Shown in pieces: positions 9,016-17,988 of a stretch of DNA of 64,000 bases (the stretch's first letter is position 1; every line of letters starts with the position of its first letter). The notes below the pieces were generated by a model, which was given only the letters and a program-made list of their open reading frames with translations, made no database searches and was not told the origin of the DNA. Position numbers and translations under genes: made by a program. The stretch comes from an uncultured bacterium (GTDB lineage: Bacteria; Fermentibacterota; Fermentibacteria; Fermentibacterales; JCC-6), in NCBI GenBank assembly GCA_964386635.1, contig CAYLRO010000006.1:11170-75169 (forward strand). Direction: 5' to 3'.

Positions 9016-10076
9016 TTCTCAGATGCTCGTAATCCGATGAAGAAAACTGTTTCTGACTGGTCGTCCCAGGTTTCCCAGCTGGTTCCGGCATCTATGGAAG
9101 CACTGCCCAGAGAATATCCTATTCCGCCGGAATATCTTGCTGCTCCGTCTCTCCAGAGTCCGTCCATAGTTCTGTAACCTCCCCGGATTCTCAGGCCGTA
9201 GCCAGGGAGAACCTCAAATCCGGCAGCAATGTAGCTGCCTTCATCTGTTTTGTGATCAAACAGTGTAAGTGCCTTCCTGCCAAAGTAATCAACTGCAACA
9301 AGTACCCTGGGATGCACCTGGGCGGATACACCTGCAACGAATTCACCTGGAACGGAATAAGTTTCCGTAGTATCCGCTTCCAGACCACCCATGTAAGTCC
9401 TGTCAATGGAGAATTCACCGGAACGGTCGGTGGTAACAGAGAATCCTGCAGCGATTGGGCCTGAGTTCATGAATGCCCCGAAAGTAAGCCCCCATGCGGC
9501 TCCAAAGGCAACATCCTCACGGTAGGTGGATGTGATGGGTACAAATGGACCGGAAGGCTCTGATGCTGCATAAGCATCCCCCAGTGCAGAACCGAAGAAA
9601 CACTTTCCACCGAGAGAAAAAGCCATTGTGCTTGATGTCTTCATGGTGAGTCCCAGATAGGACTCAGCGGTAGAGCCGTGCCATTCAATGTCTCCTGACA
9701 GGTTCTCATAAGATATTTCGTCTTCCAGGTAAAACCTGGACCTGCCGCTTAGAACGCCTGAAAACTGGAGGCCCAGTGGAAGAGGCATTATTACTGACAC
9801 ATCAGGGAAAGATGAGGCATCCTTCCAGTCTGGATTGGCAGTATCTCTGAACTTGCTTCCGATTGCCAGCCCGGTATTACCCGCCCAGGCAGAAGCGGCG
9901 GGATTCAGAACGGAAACCATGTTTGAATCCGGAACTCCTGCAGAAACTCCGCCCATTGAAAAAGACCTGACTCCACCACCGGCGGTCTCTGAGCCAATAC
10001 CCTCAGAAGGCGGCTGGAAGGGTGGATAAAACCCCGTAAAGGCTGTGAGTGCGGCAAAAACTAAGGGAAAAATCAT
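9000..10076 (-). CDS. Hypothetical secreted or outer-membrane beta-barrel-like protein
   Basis: 358 aa. N-terminal signal peptide MIFPLVFAALTAFTG. Rich in Gly, Ser, Thr and aromatics with alternating hydrophobic patterns suggesting beta strands. No recognisable catalytic motif. Confidence 0.5.
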   Translation of the reverse strand: MIFPLVFAALTAFTGFYPPFQPPSEGIGSETAGGGVRSFSMGGVSAGVPDSNMVSVLNPAASAWAGNTGLAIGSKFRDTANPDWKDASSFPDVSVIMPLPLGLQFSGVLSGRSRFYLEDEISYENLSGDIEWHGSTAESYLGLTMKTSSTMAFSLGGKCFFGSALGDAYAASEPSGPFVPITSTYREDVAFGAAWGLTFGAFMNSGPIAAGFSVTTDRSGEFSIDRTYMGGLEADTTETYSVPGEFVAGVSAQVHPRVLVAVDYFGRKALTLFDHKTDEGSYIAAGFEVLPGYGLRIRGGYRTMDGLWRDGAARYSGGIGYSLGSASIDAGTSWETWDDQSETVFFIGLRASENWLGQ

Positions 10077-10140
10077 AGTGAGACTGCTCCTGATCTGTCA
10101 TGGGACTCATACATCAACGGCAAATATAATCAGATGCCTC

Positions 10141-11544
10141 TCAGTTTGTTCCATGAATGGCTAAAGACTCCCCGGGAGCCGGGATCACTATCTGTGCATC
10201 GCTGACAGATTTCAGATCCGCTGCAAAAGCTTCTGCAGCTTCAGGTTCACCATGAACCACTGCAATCTGTTTAACATTCTCTCCAACTGCCTTGAAATAT
10301 CTCATGAGACCGTCTGAGTCTGCATGGGCGCTGAAGCCGTCAATTTTCTCAACCCTGGCATTAAGAGGATAGGGAACACCGAAGATATTGACAGTTTCCC
10401 GCTTCTCTCCGATTCTTCTTCCAAGAGTGTGCTCAGCCATGTATCCCACAAGTACTACTGTGTTTGCCGGGTCGGAAATATTGTTTTTCAAATGGTGTCT
10501 GATCCTGCCGTTCTCACACATACCGGAAGCTGACAGCACTACCATGGGCTCATGCATGGTATTTATGGCTTTGGACTCGCTGACACTCTGCACGAAATGA
10601 AGATTCTCAAAGTCGAAGGGACTGTGACCGGCATAGAGAAGGTCTCGCAGCTCACTGTCGTAAACTTCGGGATGAAGCTTGAAAACCTCCGTGGCATTGA
10701 AAGAGAGCGGTGAGTCCACGAACACGGGAATTCTGGGAACTCGTCCCGCAATGAAGAGCAGATTAAGGAAATAGAGAACTTCCTGGGTTCTTCCCACGCT
10801 GAACGCCGGGATTATGACCTTTCCCCTGCGTTTGATTGTATCATTGATAACCTTTTCCAGATCCAGAAGTGATTTCTCCTGGGGATCATGCTTTCTTCCG
10901 CCGTAGGTGCTTTCCGTAATAAGCACGTCAGGTCTGGAGGTGAGGTCAGGATCCCGAAGTATGGGTCTGTCAAATCTGCCCAGGTCACCGGAAAAAAGGA
11001 TAACTCTCTTTTTCCCGTTCTCCTCAACAGTCAGTTCAACCTGGGAACTGCCCAGAATGTGTCCTGCTTCAAGAAATCTCAGCATCACTCCGGGAAAGAG
11101 CTGAAATGAAAGCCCGTACGGGAGAGAAACAAATTTCTCAATTGCAGAGAGGGCATCTTCCAGATCGTACAGAGGCTGGATCGGTTCAAGGCCTTCCTTC
11201 GCTCTTTTCTTGTTTATGTATTCAGCATCCGATTGCTGTATATGAGCTGAATCAGGAAGCATTACAGCAGCAAGATCCCTGGTTGCAGCTGTTGAATAGA
11301 TTATCCCTTTGAATCCGTTCTTCACAAGACCCGGAAGTTTGCCTGAGTGATCAATGTGAGCATGGGAGAGAACAACAGCATCAAGTGATGCCGGTTCATA
11401 AGCATACTCCCTGTTAAGTTGTTCAGTCTGTTCTCTTCTGCCCTGGGAAAGGCCGCAGTCAAGCAGGATCTTCCTGCCGCCTGTCTCAAGAAGATGCTGT
11501 GATCCGGTAACCGCTCTGGCTGCGCCGTGAAATGTAAGTCTCAA
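10141..11544 (-). CDS. MBL-fold metallo-hydrolase of the RNA-metabolising beta-CASP family (RNase J/CPSF-like)
   Basis: 467 aa. Metallo-beta-lactamase motif VLSHAHIDHSG. Downstream beta-CASP-like region. Length typical of bacterial beta-CASP RNases. Confidence 0.8.
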   Translation of the reverse strand: MRLTFHGAARAVTGSQHLLETGGRKILLDCGLSQGRREQTEQLNREYAYEPASLDAVVLSHAHIDHSGKLPGLVKNGFKGIIYSTAATRDLAAVMLPDSAHIQQSDAEYINKKRAKEGLEPIQPLYDLEDALSAIEKFVSLPYGLSFQLFPGVMLRFLEAGHILGSSQVELTVEENGKKRVILFSGDLGRFDRPILRDPDLTSRPDVLITESTYGGRKHDPQEKSLLDLEKVINDTIKRRGKVIIPAFSVGRTQEVLYFLNLLFIAGRVPRIPVFVDSPLSFNATEVFKLHPEVYDSELRDLLYAGHSPFDFENLHFVQSVSESKAINTMHEPMVVLSASGMCENGRIRHHLKNNISDPANTVVLVGYMAEHTLGRRIGEKRETVNIFGVPYPLNARVEKIDGFSAHADSDGLMRYFKAVGENVKQIAVVHGEPEAAEAFAADLKSVSDAQIVIPAPGESLAIHGTN

Positions 11545-11742
11545 TGGAAACTCCTTTTTCTGTCAGGTTTATTCTGCAGCTAACTATGTTCACTGATACA
11601 ATACTCTGCAACCTGCAGTATAACACGGGAACTTGAACGGTTCCTGAAGTGTTATGGACAAGGGCAGAAAAACATTCTAGATTCAAGGGTATTTCTTTTT
11701 CAGCAGAGTAAATGTTTCTGCTGCTTATGAATTGGAGGACAG

Positions 11743-13443
11743 ATGAAAATTGCTATACTGACAGTACTGTTGTTGTCGGTTACTGTAATGGCAGATACCG
11801 CATCACAGAGAATTATGGAAGACCAGGCGCTTTCCGTTGACCAGACAGCCCTCTATCTGGTTTACAGCGTTGTTGCTCCTGAAAGACTTCCTGTGGAATA
11901 TACCGCCGGTGCAGAACCATGCCGCAGCGGATCACCGGCTCTTCATGAAGCCATGCTCCTCAGCAGCCAGATGTCTGCTGCTGCCCTTGAGGAAATGCTG
12001 GATCTGGTCAACAGACCCACCTTTTCCGGTCCTGAAGAAACTTTCGTCAGTCCCGACGGTAACTTCAGATTTCACTACACCCTTTCCGGCAGCGATGCAG
12101 TAACACTGGCATATGCCGAGGAAATGGCCGGGTACTTCGATGAATCCTGGGACACAGAGTGCAACACTCTGGGATACTATCATCCCCCATCGGACAACGG
12201 AGTAGGTGGAGACAATCTTTACGACGTCTACATCATCTCAATCAGCGGTTCAACCCTTGGATACACATCTTCAGGCGGCGAGTATCAGCCTCCGGATTCA
12301 ACTCAGGACTGCAGTGCAAGTCACATAGCCATGAATACCAATCTGGGGTATAACTACCTTACAACCACATCTTCTCACGAATTCCAGCATGCAATTCAGA
12401 ATACTTACGATGTAAATGAGCCAACCTGGTTCATGGAGAACTGTGCTGTATGGATGGAAGATCAGGTCTATCCTGACGTAAACGACTGGATGGGCTTCTG
12501 GAGCGAAGGTGCAGTTAGAAAGCCATGGAAGAGTATTGATACAGGTAATCCTTACTGGTACGGCTCGTCAATATGGCCGAGAATGATGGGACTCATGTTC
12601 GGAATAGATGCCGTAAGAGACGTCTGGCAGAACTGTGCCGACACCAACGGTGCGAACATGTGGGAAGCCCATGATGACATGTTCATTGCCAATGGAATGG
12701 ATCTTGAATCCGGATTCATGACATACGGACTCTGGCGCTACTTCGTAGCCGGTAACTACAATGAGAACTACAACATGTGGGACGAGGACCTTTCTCTCCC
12801 TGCTTCAGGTCCTGTAATTTTCTCATTCAACAGTCACTCCACTCTGCCGGGATCTGCCGACCAGGGACCCTATCCCCCTGAAACCTATGGCATTGCCTGG
12901 ATAAAGGTCGACCTGAGTTCTTATCAGGACGGCTGGATTGAAATGGACTTTGACGGAAGAGATTACTTTGACTGGAACCTGGGAGCATTCGTATACAACG
13001 ATGAAAGCTTCAGCTTCCAGTGGTGGGACTGTGACCCTACAACCGGAGACATCACAGTTTCCGTCCCGGCAGCCGGATACGACTATGCAGTCTTCTTCCC
13101 TGCATTCATGACTGATACATCCCTCAATGGAGACCACAGCTACACTGTTTCCTACTCAACCGGTGTAGAGGGAGAGGAAAGCCTCAGCGAGATGAATCTT
13201 TCAGTACAGAGCAACCCCATGGCTGCAGGCAGCGCTGTGAGCTTCTCTGTTCCAGGTTCAGGACATGCTGACCTGTCCATGATTGATCTTGCAGGCAGAA
13301 GAGTAGCCACTATTTACAGCGGCCCTGCTCAGGATGGTCTCAACTCAGTTGAGTTCCAGGGTGGACTTCCTTCAGGAACCTACATAATGGTGCTTCGTCA
13401 CGGCAACTCAGTAGAGACCCAGCGAGTTTCCATACTCAGGTAG
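11743..13443 (+). CDS. Secreted HExxH zinc metalloprotease-like protein with T9SS-type C-terminal sorting domain
   Basis: 566 aa. Signal peptide MKIAILTVLLLSVTVMA. HEFQH (HExxH) motif. C-terminal ~80 aa resembles Por/T9SS CTDs (…SFSVPGSGHADLSMIDLAGRRVATIY…GTYIMVLRHGNSVETQRVSILR). Confidence 0.65.
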   Translation: MKIAILTVLLLSVTVMADTASQRIMEDQALSVDQTALYLVYSVVAPERLPVEYTAGAEPCRSGSPALHEAMLLSSQMSAAALEEMLDLVNRPTFSGPEETFVSPDGNFRFHYTLSGSDAVTLAYAEEMAGYFDESWDTECNTLGYYHPPSDNGVGGDNLYDVYIISISGSTLGYTSSGGEYQPPDSTQDCSASHIAMNTNLGYNYLTTTSSHEFQHAIQNTYDVNEPTWFMENCAVWMEDQVYPDVNDWMGFWSEGAVRKPWKSIDTGNPYWYGSSIWPRMMGLMFGIDAVRDVWQNCADTNGANMWEAHDDMFIANGMDLESGFMTYGLWRYFVAGNYNENYNMWDEDLSLPASGPVIFSFNSHSTLPGSADQGPYPPETYGIAWIKVDLSSYQDGWIEMDFDGRDYFDWNLGAFVYNDESFSFQWWDCDPTTGDITVSVPAAGYDYAVFFPAFMTDTSLNGDHSYTVSYSTGVEGEESLSEMNLSVQSNPMAAGSAVSFSVPGSGHADLSMIDLAGRRVATIYSGPAQDGLNSVEFQGGLPSGTYIMVLRHGNSVETQRVSILR

Positions 13444-13451
13444 GAGCAGCA

Positions 13452-14240
13452 TTGATCAAAAACAGTGCCCGGTTTAACGCCGGGCACTTTTTTAAGCAGG
13501 CTCTCGCTGTCCAGGTTTTCCTTCTCCTTCTTCTGTCCTGCACAGATAAGGAGAATACGGCAAACGCTGACAGCAGCCTGATAGAGTGTACATGCGACAC
13601 CCCTGTCCTTATTCGGGTGCCCTGTTCTGAAGATTTCCTGCCTGAAGCGGTTGAAAATATTGAGAACACATCATTCGGAAGGTTTTTCCCGGCATCTGAG
13701 GGATCAGATGATCCTTTCCACCGGATAGCAGCTCAAGCTGACAGTGCGGGAATGCTGATTCTGGCAATCCTTCAGGAGGGGATGGAATGGAGTGGAAACA
13801 GGGAGCATCTTGTGATCTGGCTTGATTCACTGGGCGTGCCAGTACTGGTTCAGCCGGAAATGAATTCCAGTCTTCTTGCTGATTCACTCTGGACAGACCC
13901 GCTGATAAGACAGAACACAATTGCTGAACTCATCGAATTTACAAGACCTGATATTGTTATGGAAGAACTGACGGAATCCAGCAGAATAGAAGAGATAACT
14001 GCATTCTGGAGCCGCACCGGTCAGGAGAAAAACATCACAGCCTGCCTGTACTGCATGCCTGATCATGATAAGATGTTCAGAGGCTGGGGAATATTTACGG
14101 GAAATTGTATTTCAGGAATAAAGATACAGGGGATGGCAGTGAATGACTTCCATGCTTCATTTTTACTTCTTGCCGAACTTGAGTGGATTGAAACCGGTTA
14201 TCCGGTTTTAAGTACATTTCTGCAAATGGAGAGTGAATGA
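13452..14240 (+). CDS. Hypothetical lipoprotein, first gene of an overlapping four-gene operon
   Basis: 262 aa. Signal peptide with lipobox LLLLSCTDKE. Stop overlaps the start of the next gene (ATGA-type overlap at 14237-14240). No recognised catalytic motif. Confidence 0.55.
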   Translation: MIKNSARFNAGHFFKQALAVQVFLLLLLSCTDKENTANADSSLIECTCDTPVLIRVPCSEDFLPEAVENIENTSFGRFFPASEGSDDPFHRIAAQADSAGMLILAILQEGMEWSGNREHLVIWLDSLGVPVLVQPEMNSSLLADSLWTDPLIRQNTIAELIEFTRPDIVMEELTESSRIEEITAFWSRTGQEKNITACLYCMPDHDKMFRGWGIFTGNCISGIKIQGMAVNDFHASFLLLAELEWIETGYPVLSTFLQMESE

Positions 14241-16528
14241 GGATCAGAATTTTAATAGACAGACTGATAGACTGGGGCAACAGAATCCCTGCAACACCAT
14301 GGCAGCTGGCTGCTTTGTTCACTGTCACAGTTGTATTGAGAAATCTCATGGAAGCGCTCCAGCTGGGGATTGTTTTTACCTCTCCGGCGTTTTTCCTCCA
14401 CTTTCCTGCAGCGTATGTATTTCCTCTTCTCACCCTTGTGTTCTTCATGCGGATCTTCAGCGGATACAGTACCGGCAAACTGCTTAAAATTATGGTTCTC
14501 GCCTGGACACTTACTCTTCTCCCGCCGCTGTTGGACAGCCTGACAGGCACCACTTCAGACATCGGATATTTCCCTCTTGAACGATCCAATGCCAGCTGGT
14601 TCCTGCTGAATTTTTTCAACCCTGCAGTAACTCTTACAGGTACCACAACAGGCATAAGGATAGAAGCTGCACTGGGCTGCATACTTGCCGGCATTTTCAC
14701 CTGGGCTGTAGCTCCGGGGAAACGCCTTCTCAGGGGTGTGCTTAACACCCTCCTCTTTGCTCCGGTGTTTTTATCATTCTTCACATGGCCTTATCTGATA
14801 GCATTGATTCTGCAGCCATTTTTTCCAGGTGACGGCCAGACTCTTACCATGCTTCAATGGCATGCAGCCACAGAAACTCCCCTGACTGGTGCCTCACATT
14901 TTAATATTTACATTGTAGACATGATTCCAGTTTCTTTCCTTGCATTGTGGTACGTTAAGGAACTCCTGAATCCAATGTGGCGCAGGCTCCGTAAAGCCAT
15001 CAGGAGTCTTGCTCTTCTTGGATTGTCTGCGTTTCTGGGTACTGTTGCTGCAATGGTAATTCCAGCTGCTTCAGGAACAACATTCAGTGATGCTGTGGTT
15101 ATCACCGGGGCGCTTTTTTCATGCCTCTGGCTGACAGCGGGTTCTGCAGGTAAAGGCAGCTTCAGAGTTACAGCGACCGCAATTGCTCTGTCCCTTGCAT
15201 GGGCTTCAGGCTGGGTAACTCTTGTTCTGGCTGTGCTCTCCCTGGCGATTTCCGCTCTTCCCCTGCCTGACAGATTCAGACATCCATTATTCGGAGTTGC
15301 GCTGTTCATTACAGCCATGTCACCAGTGGGATTCACTCTTCTGGCTCCATCAGCAGTTTTTGCTGTTGTTCTGATCCCCCTGACCATTATGCTGGCAAAC
15401 CGAAAACCGGTATTTTCAGCACTTCTGATTCTTCCACTGGCATTTATTATTGCCTCTCCTCCGGCTTCTGATACAGGAGCCTGGCTTAGAGGAGTGAACC
15501 GGGCAGCAGACACTTTTGCCAGATCTTCAAGGATTGATCTGGCCATGGAATCCGCATCAAGGCAGGCAGCAGCAGGAGGTTCATGGCAGAGACTTGCTGA
15601 AACCACTCAGATGAACGGATTTAATGCAAGATCCAGATATCTCTGTGAAACTTCCATCGCCAGAGGAGACTCTTCAGCATCACTGATGAAGGTTTCCATG
15701 AATCTTGCTTTCAGCCGTGGTGATTCACTTGAATTCAATGAGATATTTCTCCGGTACATGGATTCCATTGAAGATCCCGCGGATTTGAGCGAAGCTCTGT
15801 CCATGAGAGTTACTTTCCTGGCACTGTCCGGAGATACTACATCCCTTAATTCAATCCATTCCCGGGCCGGCTTCAATCCCCTTCTCCTTAAATCCATGGG
15901 AACAGCTCTTCTCAATGCGGGAGACACACTGAGTGCGTTTCAGTATACCCTGGCATACCTGCAGGCGCCGTCATCAAGCGCCACAGACTGGGCAAGGGCA
16001 ATAACACTGTCAGCAATTACAGGTGAATCCAACTGGGATTCGATCTACACACTGGCTGAAAACAGATTCGGCGTTTGCGTTCCCATCATGCTTGCAAGAC
16101 TAAGGGCTCCTATAGTTGAAGGCTTCCCCCCTGACAGACAGGACCTTCTGCAAATGTGTCTTCAAATCATGCCCGGTGACAAAGAGGTTCTGGAAACAGC
16201 ATCAATGTGGTATTCCGCATCAGATAAACCTGACAGCGGTCTGATTTTCGCTTCAAGATCACTGGCTGCAGCCAGACATCCATCCAGATCTCTCTTCCAG
16301 ATGGTAATTCATTCGGCACTGAGTTCGGGAAACATCCCTGAAGCAAAGGCTGCTGTTTTATATGCTCTTTCTGAATATCCCGAGAGCATCCAGTACCAGG
16401 CGATTCTGGCAGGTATTCTTACAGCAGCTGACCCTGAAGCAGATGTCCCTTCATTCTCTGATGTTCCCTGGGCCAGGGCTCTTTGTGACTCTATTGCTCA
16501 AATAACATGCCCAGCCGAACCTTTGTAG
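14237..16528 (+). CDS. Large polytopic membrane protein (~10-12 TM) with C-terminal soluble alpha-helical/TPR-like domain; putative GT-C-like glycosyltransferase
   Basis: 763 aa. N-terminal ~430 aa is highly hydrophobic with multiple predicted TM helices. C-terminal ~330 aa is hydrophilic and alpha-helical repeat-like. Overlaps the flanking genes by 4 and 22 nt. Confidence 0.6.
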   Translation: MRIRILIDRLIDWGNRIPATPWQLAALFTVTVVLRNLMEALQLGIVFTSPAFFLHFPAAYVFPLLTLVFFMRIFSGYSTGKLLKIMVLAWTLTLLPPLLDSLTGTTSDIGYFPLERSNASWFLLNFFNPAVTLTGTTTGIRIEAALGCILAGIFTWAVAPGKRLLRGVLNTLLFAPVFLSFFTWPYLIALILQPFFPGDGQTLTMLQWHAATETPLTGASHFNIYIVDMIPVSFLALWYVKELLNPMWRRLRKAIRSLALLGLSAFLGTVAAMVIPAASGTTFSDAVVITGALFSCLWLTAGSAGKGSFRVTATAIALSLAWASGWVTLVLAVLSLAISALPLPDRFRHPLFGVALFITAMSPVGFTLLAPSAVFAVVLIPLTIMLANRKPVFSALLILPLAFIIASPPASDTGAWLRGVNRAADTFARSSRIDLAMESASRQAAAGGSWQRLAETTQMNGFNARSRYLCETSIARGDSSASLMKVSMNLAFSRGDSLEFNEIFLRYMDSIEDPADLSEALSMRVTFLALSGDTTSLNSIHSRAGFNPLLLKSMGTALLNAGDTLSAFQYTLAYLQAPSSSATDWARAITLSAITGESNWDSIYTLAENRFGVCVPIMLARLRAPIVEGFPPDRQDLLQMCLQIMPGDKEVLETASMWYSASDKPDSGLIFASRSLAAARHPSRSLFQMVIHSALSSGNIPEAKAAVLYALSEYPESIQYQAILAGILTAADPEADVPSFSDVPWARALCDSIAQITCPAEPL

Positions 16529-17988
16529 TCTTCGTCCTTTCCTCGGCGGTCTTTCTAGTGGCTCTGCTTACGGGTCCTCCTTCTTTTGATGCAACGGACG
16601 GGGCGGAATTTGCCGTTTGCGGAGCAGAGCTTCAAATAACCCATGCACCTGGATATCCCCTCTTTGTTATGCTTCTCAGAGTTGTTTCCATGATTTTTTC
16701 TCCACTTTACGGACATATGAGATTGATCAACTGTCTGGCAGGGGCAATCCTTGTTCCTGCAGGCATAATCGCCATGAAGAAATTCGCCGTATCATTCAAA
16801 CCCTCTCTCATGGCAACTGCAATCCTGGTGACTTCTGCTCCTGTACTGGCTCAAATAAACAGTCTGGAAGTATATCCACTGGCAATGCTTCTCACACTGA
16901 CAGCTATTGCACTGAGCAGCACCGAGCTCTCCGGATATTCTGCAGGAATGGCAATTTTTGCAGGACATCCTGTCTCTGTGCTTTGTGCCCCGATGATGCT
17001 TACGAAGAAATTCAAGCTGAAAACCGTACTGACCTTAATTATCCCTGCTACACTGCTTCTCTACATTCCCATCAGGGCAGGTTCATGTTCAATAGCGCAT
17101 TACGGGCATCCGGTAACCCTGGAAGGTCTTGTCAATTATTTCACAATGTACTCCGGAAGACTTTCCACTCCGTCTCTTCACAGACTGGCAGAAGCTCTTG
17201 CATTCATTGGACCTGTGACAGGATCTGTGATCTCTGCAACGGCTCTGGCGGCAGGGAGATTCCAGATGAGAAGGGATATTCCTGCAGTGCTTGCATTACT
17301 TTTTCTTGCATCATATCAGCTTCCTGATCCTGCAGGTCAGCTCTGGATACTTCTGATTCCCCTTGCAGTAAGATCAGCAGCAGGCATGGCAAAGCTCCTG
17401 TCATTATCCCGGGTTTTCAGCTGGCTGCTTCCAGCTGCCGTGGCGGGATCTGCTATTTCAGGCATCATGCTGGCGGACAGATCAAGTGATGACATTGCTC
17501 TCAGATGGACCACGGATATCCTTTCTGAGATCCCTCCGGGATCCATTTATCGACCTGTAGCCCATGACACATTCCATGCTGCCTACACCCTCCACAACCT
17601 GGGTATAAGGAATGACATTATTCTGTCAGATCCCTTCGGCAACTACTTTGAGTTATTAATGCCCGGGGAGGCCCCTGTTCAGATAGGGGAAAGAACCGTT
17701 CACATTTCACGGGGGTGGAACAGAGCCCCGGAGTTTGTTCTCCATGGACTGATCTTTCATCCGGCAGAGACATCCATTTACCGGACCGACTGGGATAGAA
17801 TGGATATATTCCGATTCAGCGGTTACTCTCCGGACCCCATGGCAATGGATATTGCAGCGGAGGCATGGGCCAGGAGAATGATACAGACCGATGATCCCGC
17901 CCTTGCTGACAGTTTTTTCAACAGGGCAATGGAATTTGCAGCAACCGAACTGACGGAGACAAGAATTGCGAATCTCAGAGATTTTTAG
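16507..17988 (+). CDS. DUF2723/TMEM260-like polytopic membrane protein (GT-C-fold putative protein O-mannosyltransferase-like)
   Basis: 493 aa, hydrophobic throughout. The first-loop motif DATDGAEFAVCGAELQITHAPGYPLF matches the hallmark (G/A)-I/V-AH-P-PGYPL-F signature of DUF2723 proteins as I recall it. Acidic DxxDxxE lies in the first loop as in GT-C enzymes. Confidence 0.6.
   Translation: MPSRTFVVFVLSSAVFLVALLTGPPSFDATDGAEFAVCGAELQITHAPGYPLFVMLLRVVSMIFSPLYGHMRLINCLAGAILVPAGIIAMKKFAVSFKPSLMATAILVTSAPVLAQINSLEVYPLAMLLTLTAIALSSTELSGYSAGMAIFAGHPVSVLCAPMMLTKKFKLKTVLTLIIPATLLLYIPIRAGSCSIAHYGHPVTLEGLVNYFTMYSGRLSTPSLHRLAEALAFIGPVTGSVISATALAAGRFQMRRDIPAVLALLFLASYQLPDPAGQLWILLIPLAVRSAAGMAKLLSLSRVFSWLLPAAVAGSAISGIMLADRSSDDIALRWTTDILSEIPPGSIYRPVAHDTFHAAYTLHNLGIRNDIILSDPFGNYFELLMPGEAPVQIGERTVHISRGWNRAPEFVLHGLIFHPAETSIYRTDWDRMDIFRFSGYSPDPMAMDIAAEAWARRMIQTDDPALADSFFNRAMEFAATELTETRIANLRDF

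Noticed and set aside
11545-11742. Searched the divergent region upstream of the metalloprotease, and other intergenic regions, for sigma-54 (-24 GG / -12 GC, TGGCAC-N5-TTGCA) promoters because rpoN is present
   Set aside because: No convincing TGGCAC-N5-TTGC match was found by eye. This is not claimed, and a PWM scan would be needed.
14908-15927. 232-aa and 106-aa minus-strand ORFs inside the 763-aa membrane-protein gene
   Set aside because: They are antisense shadow ORFs within a GC-rich, Ala/Leu-codon-rich membrane gene. Their translations are Arg/Ala/Ser-rich low complexity.
16617-17327. 236-aa plus-strand ORF in an alternate frame of the DUF2723 gene
   Set aside because: Its Cys/Arg/Ser-rich nonsense translation is in a different frame from the strongly hydrophobic, motif-bearing frame. 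It is an artefact.
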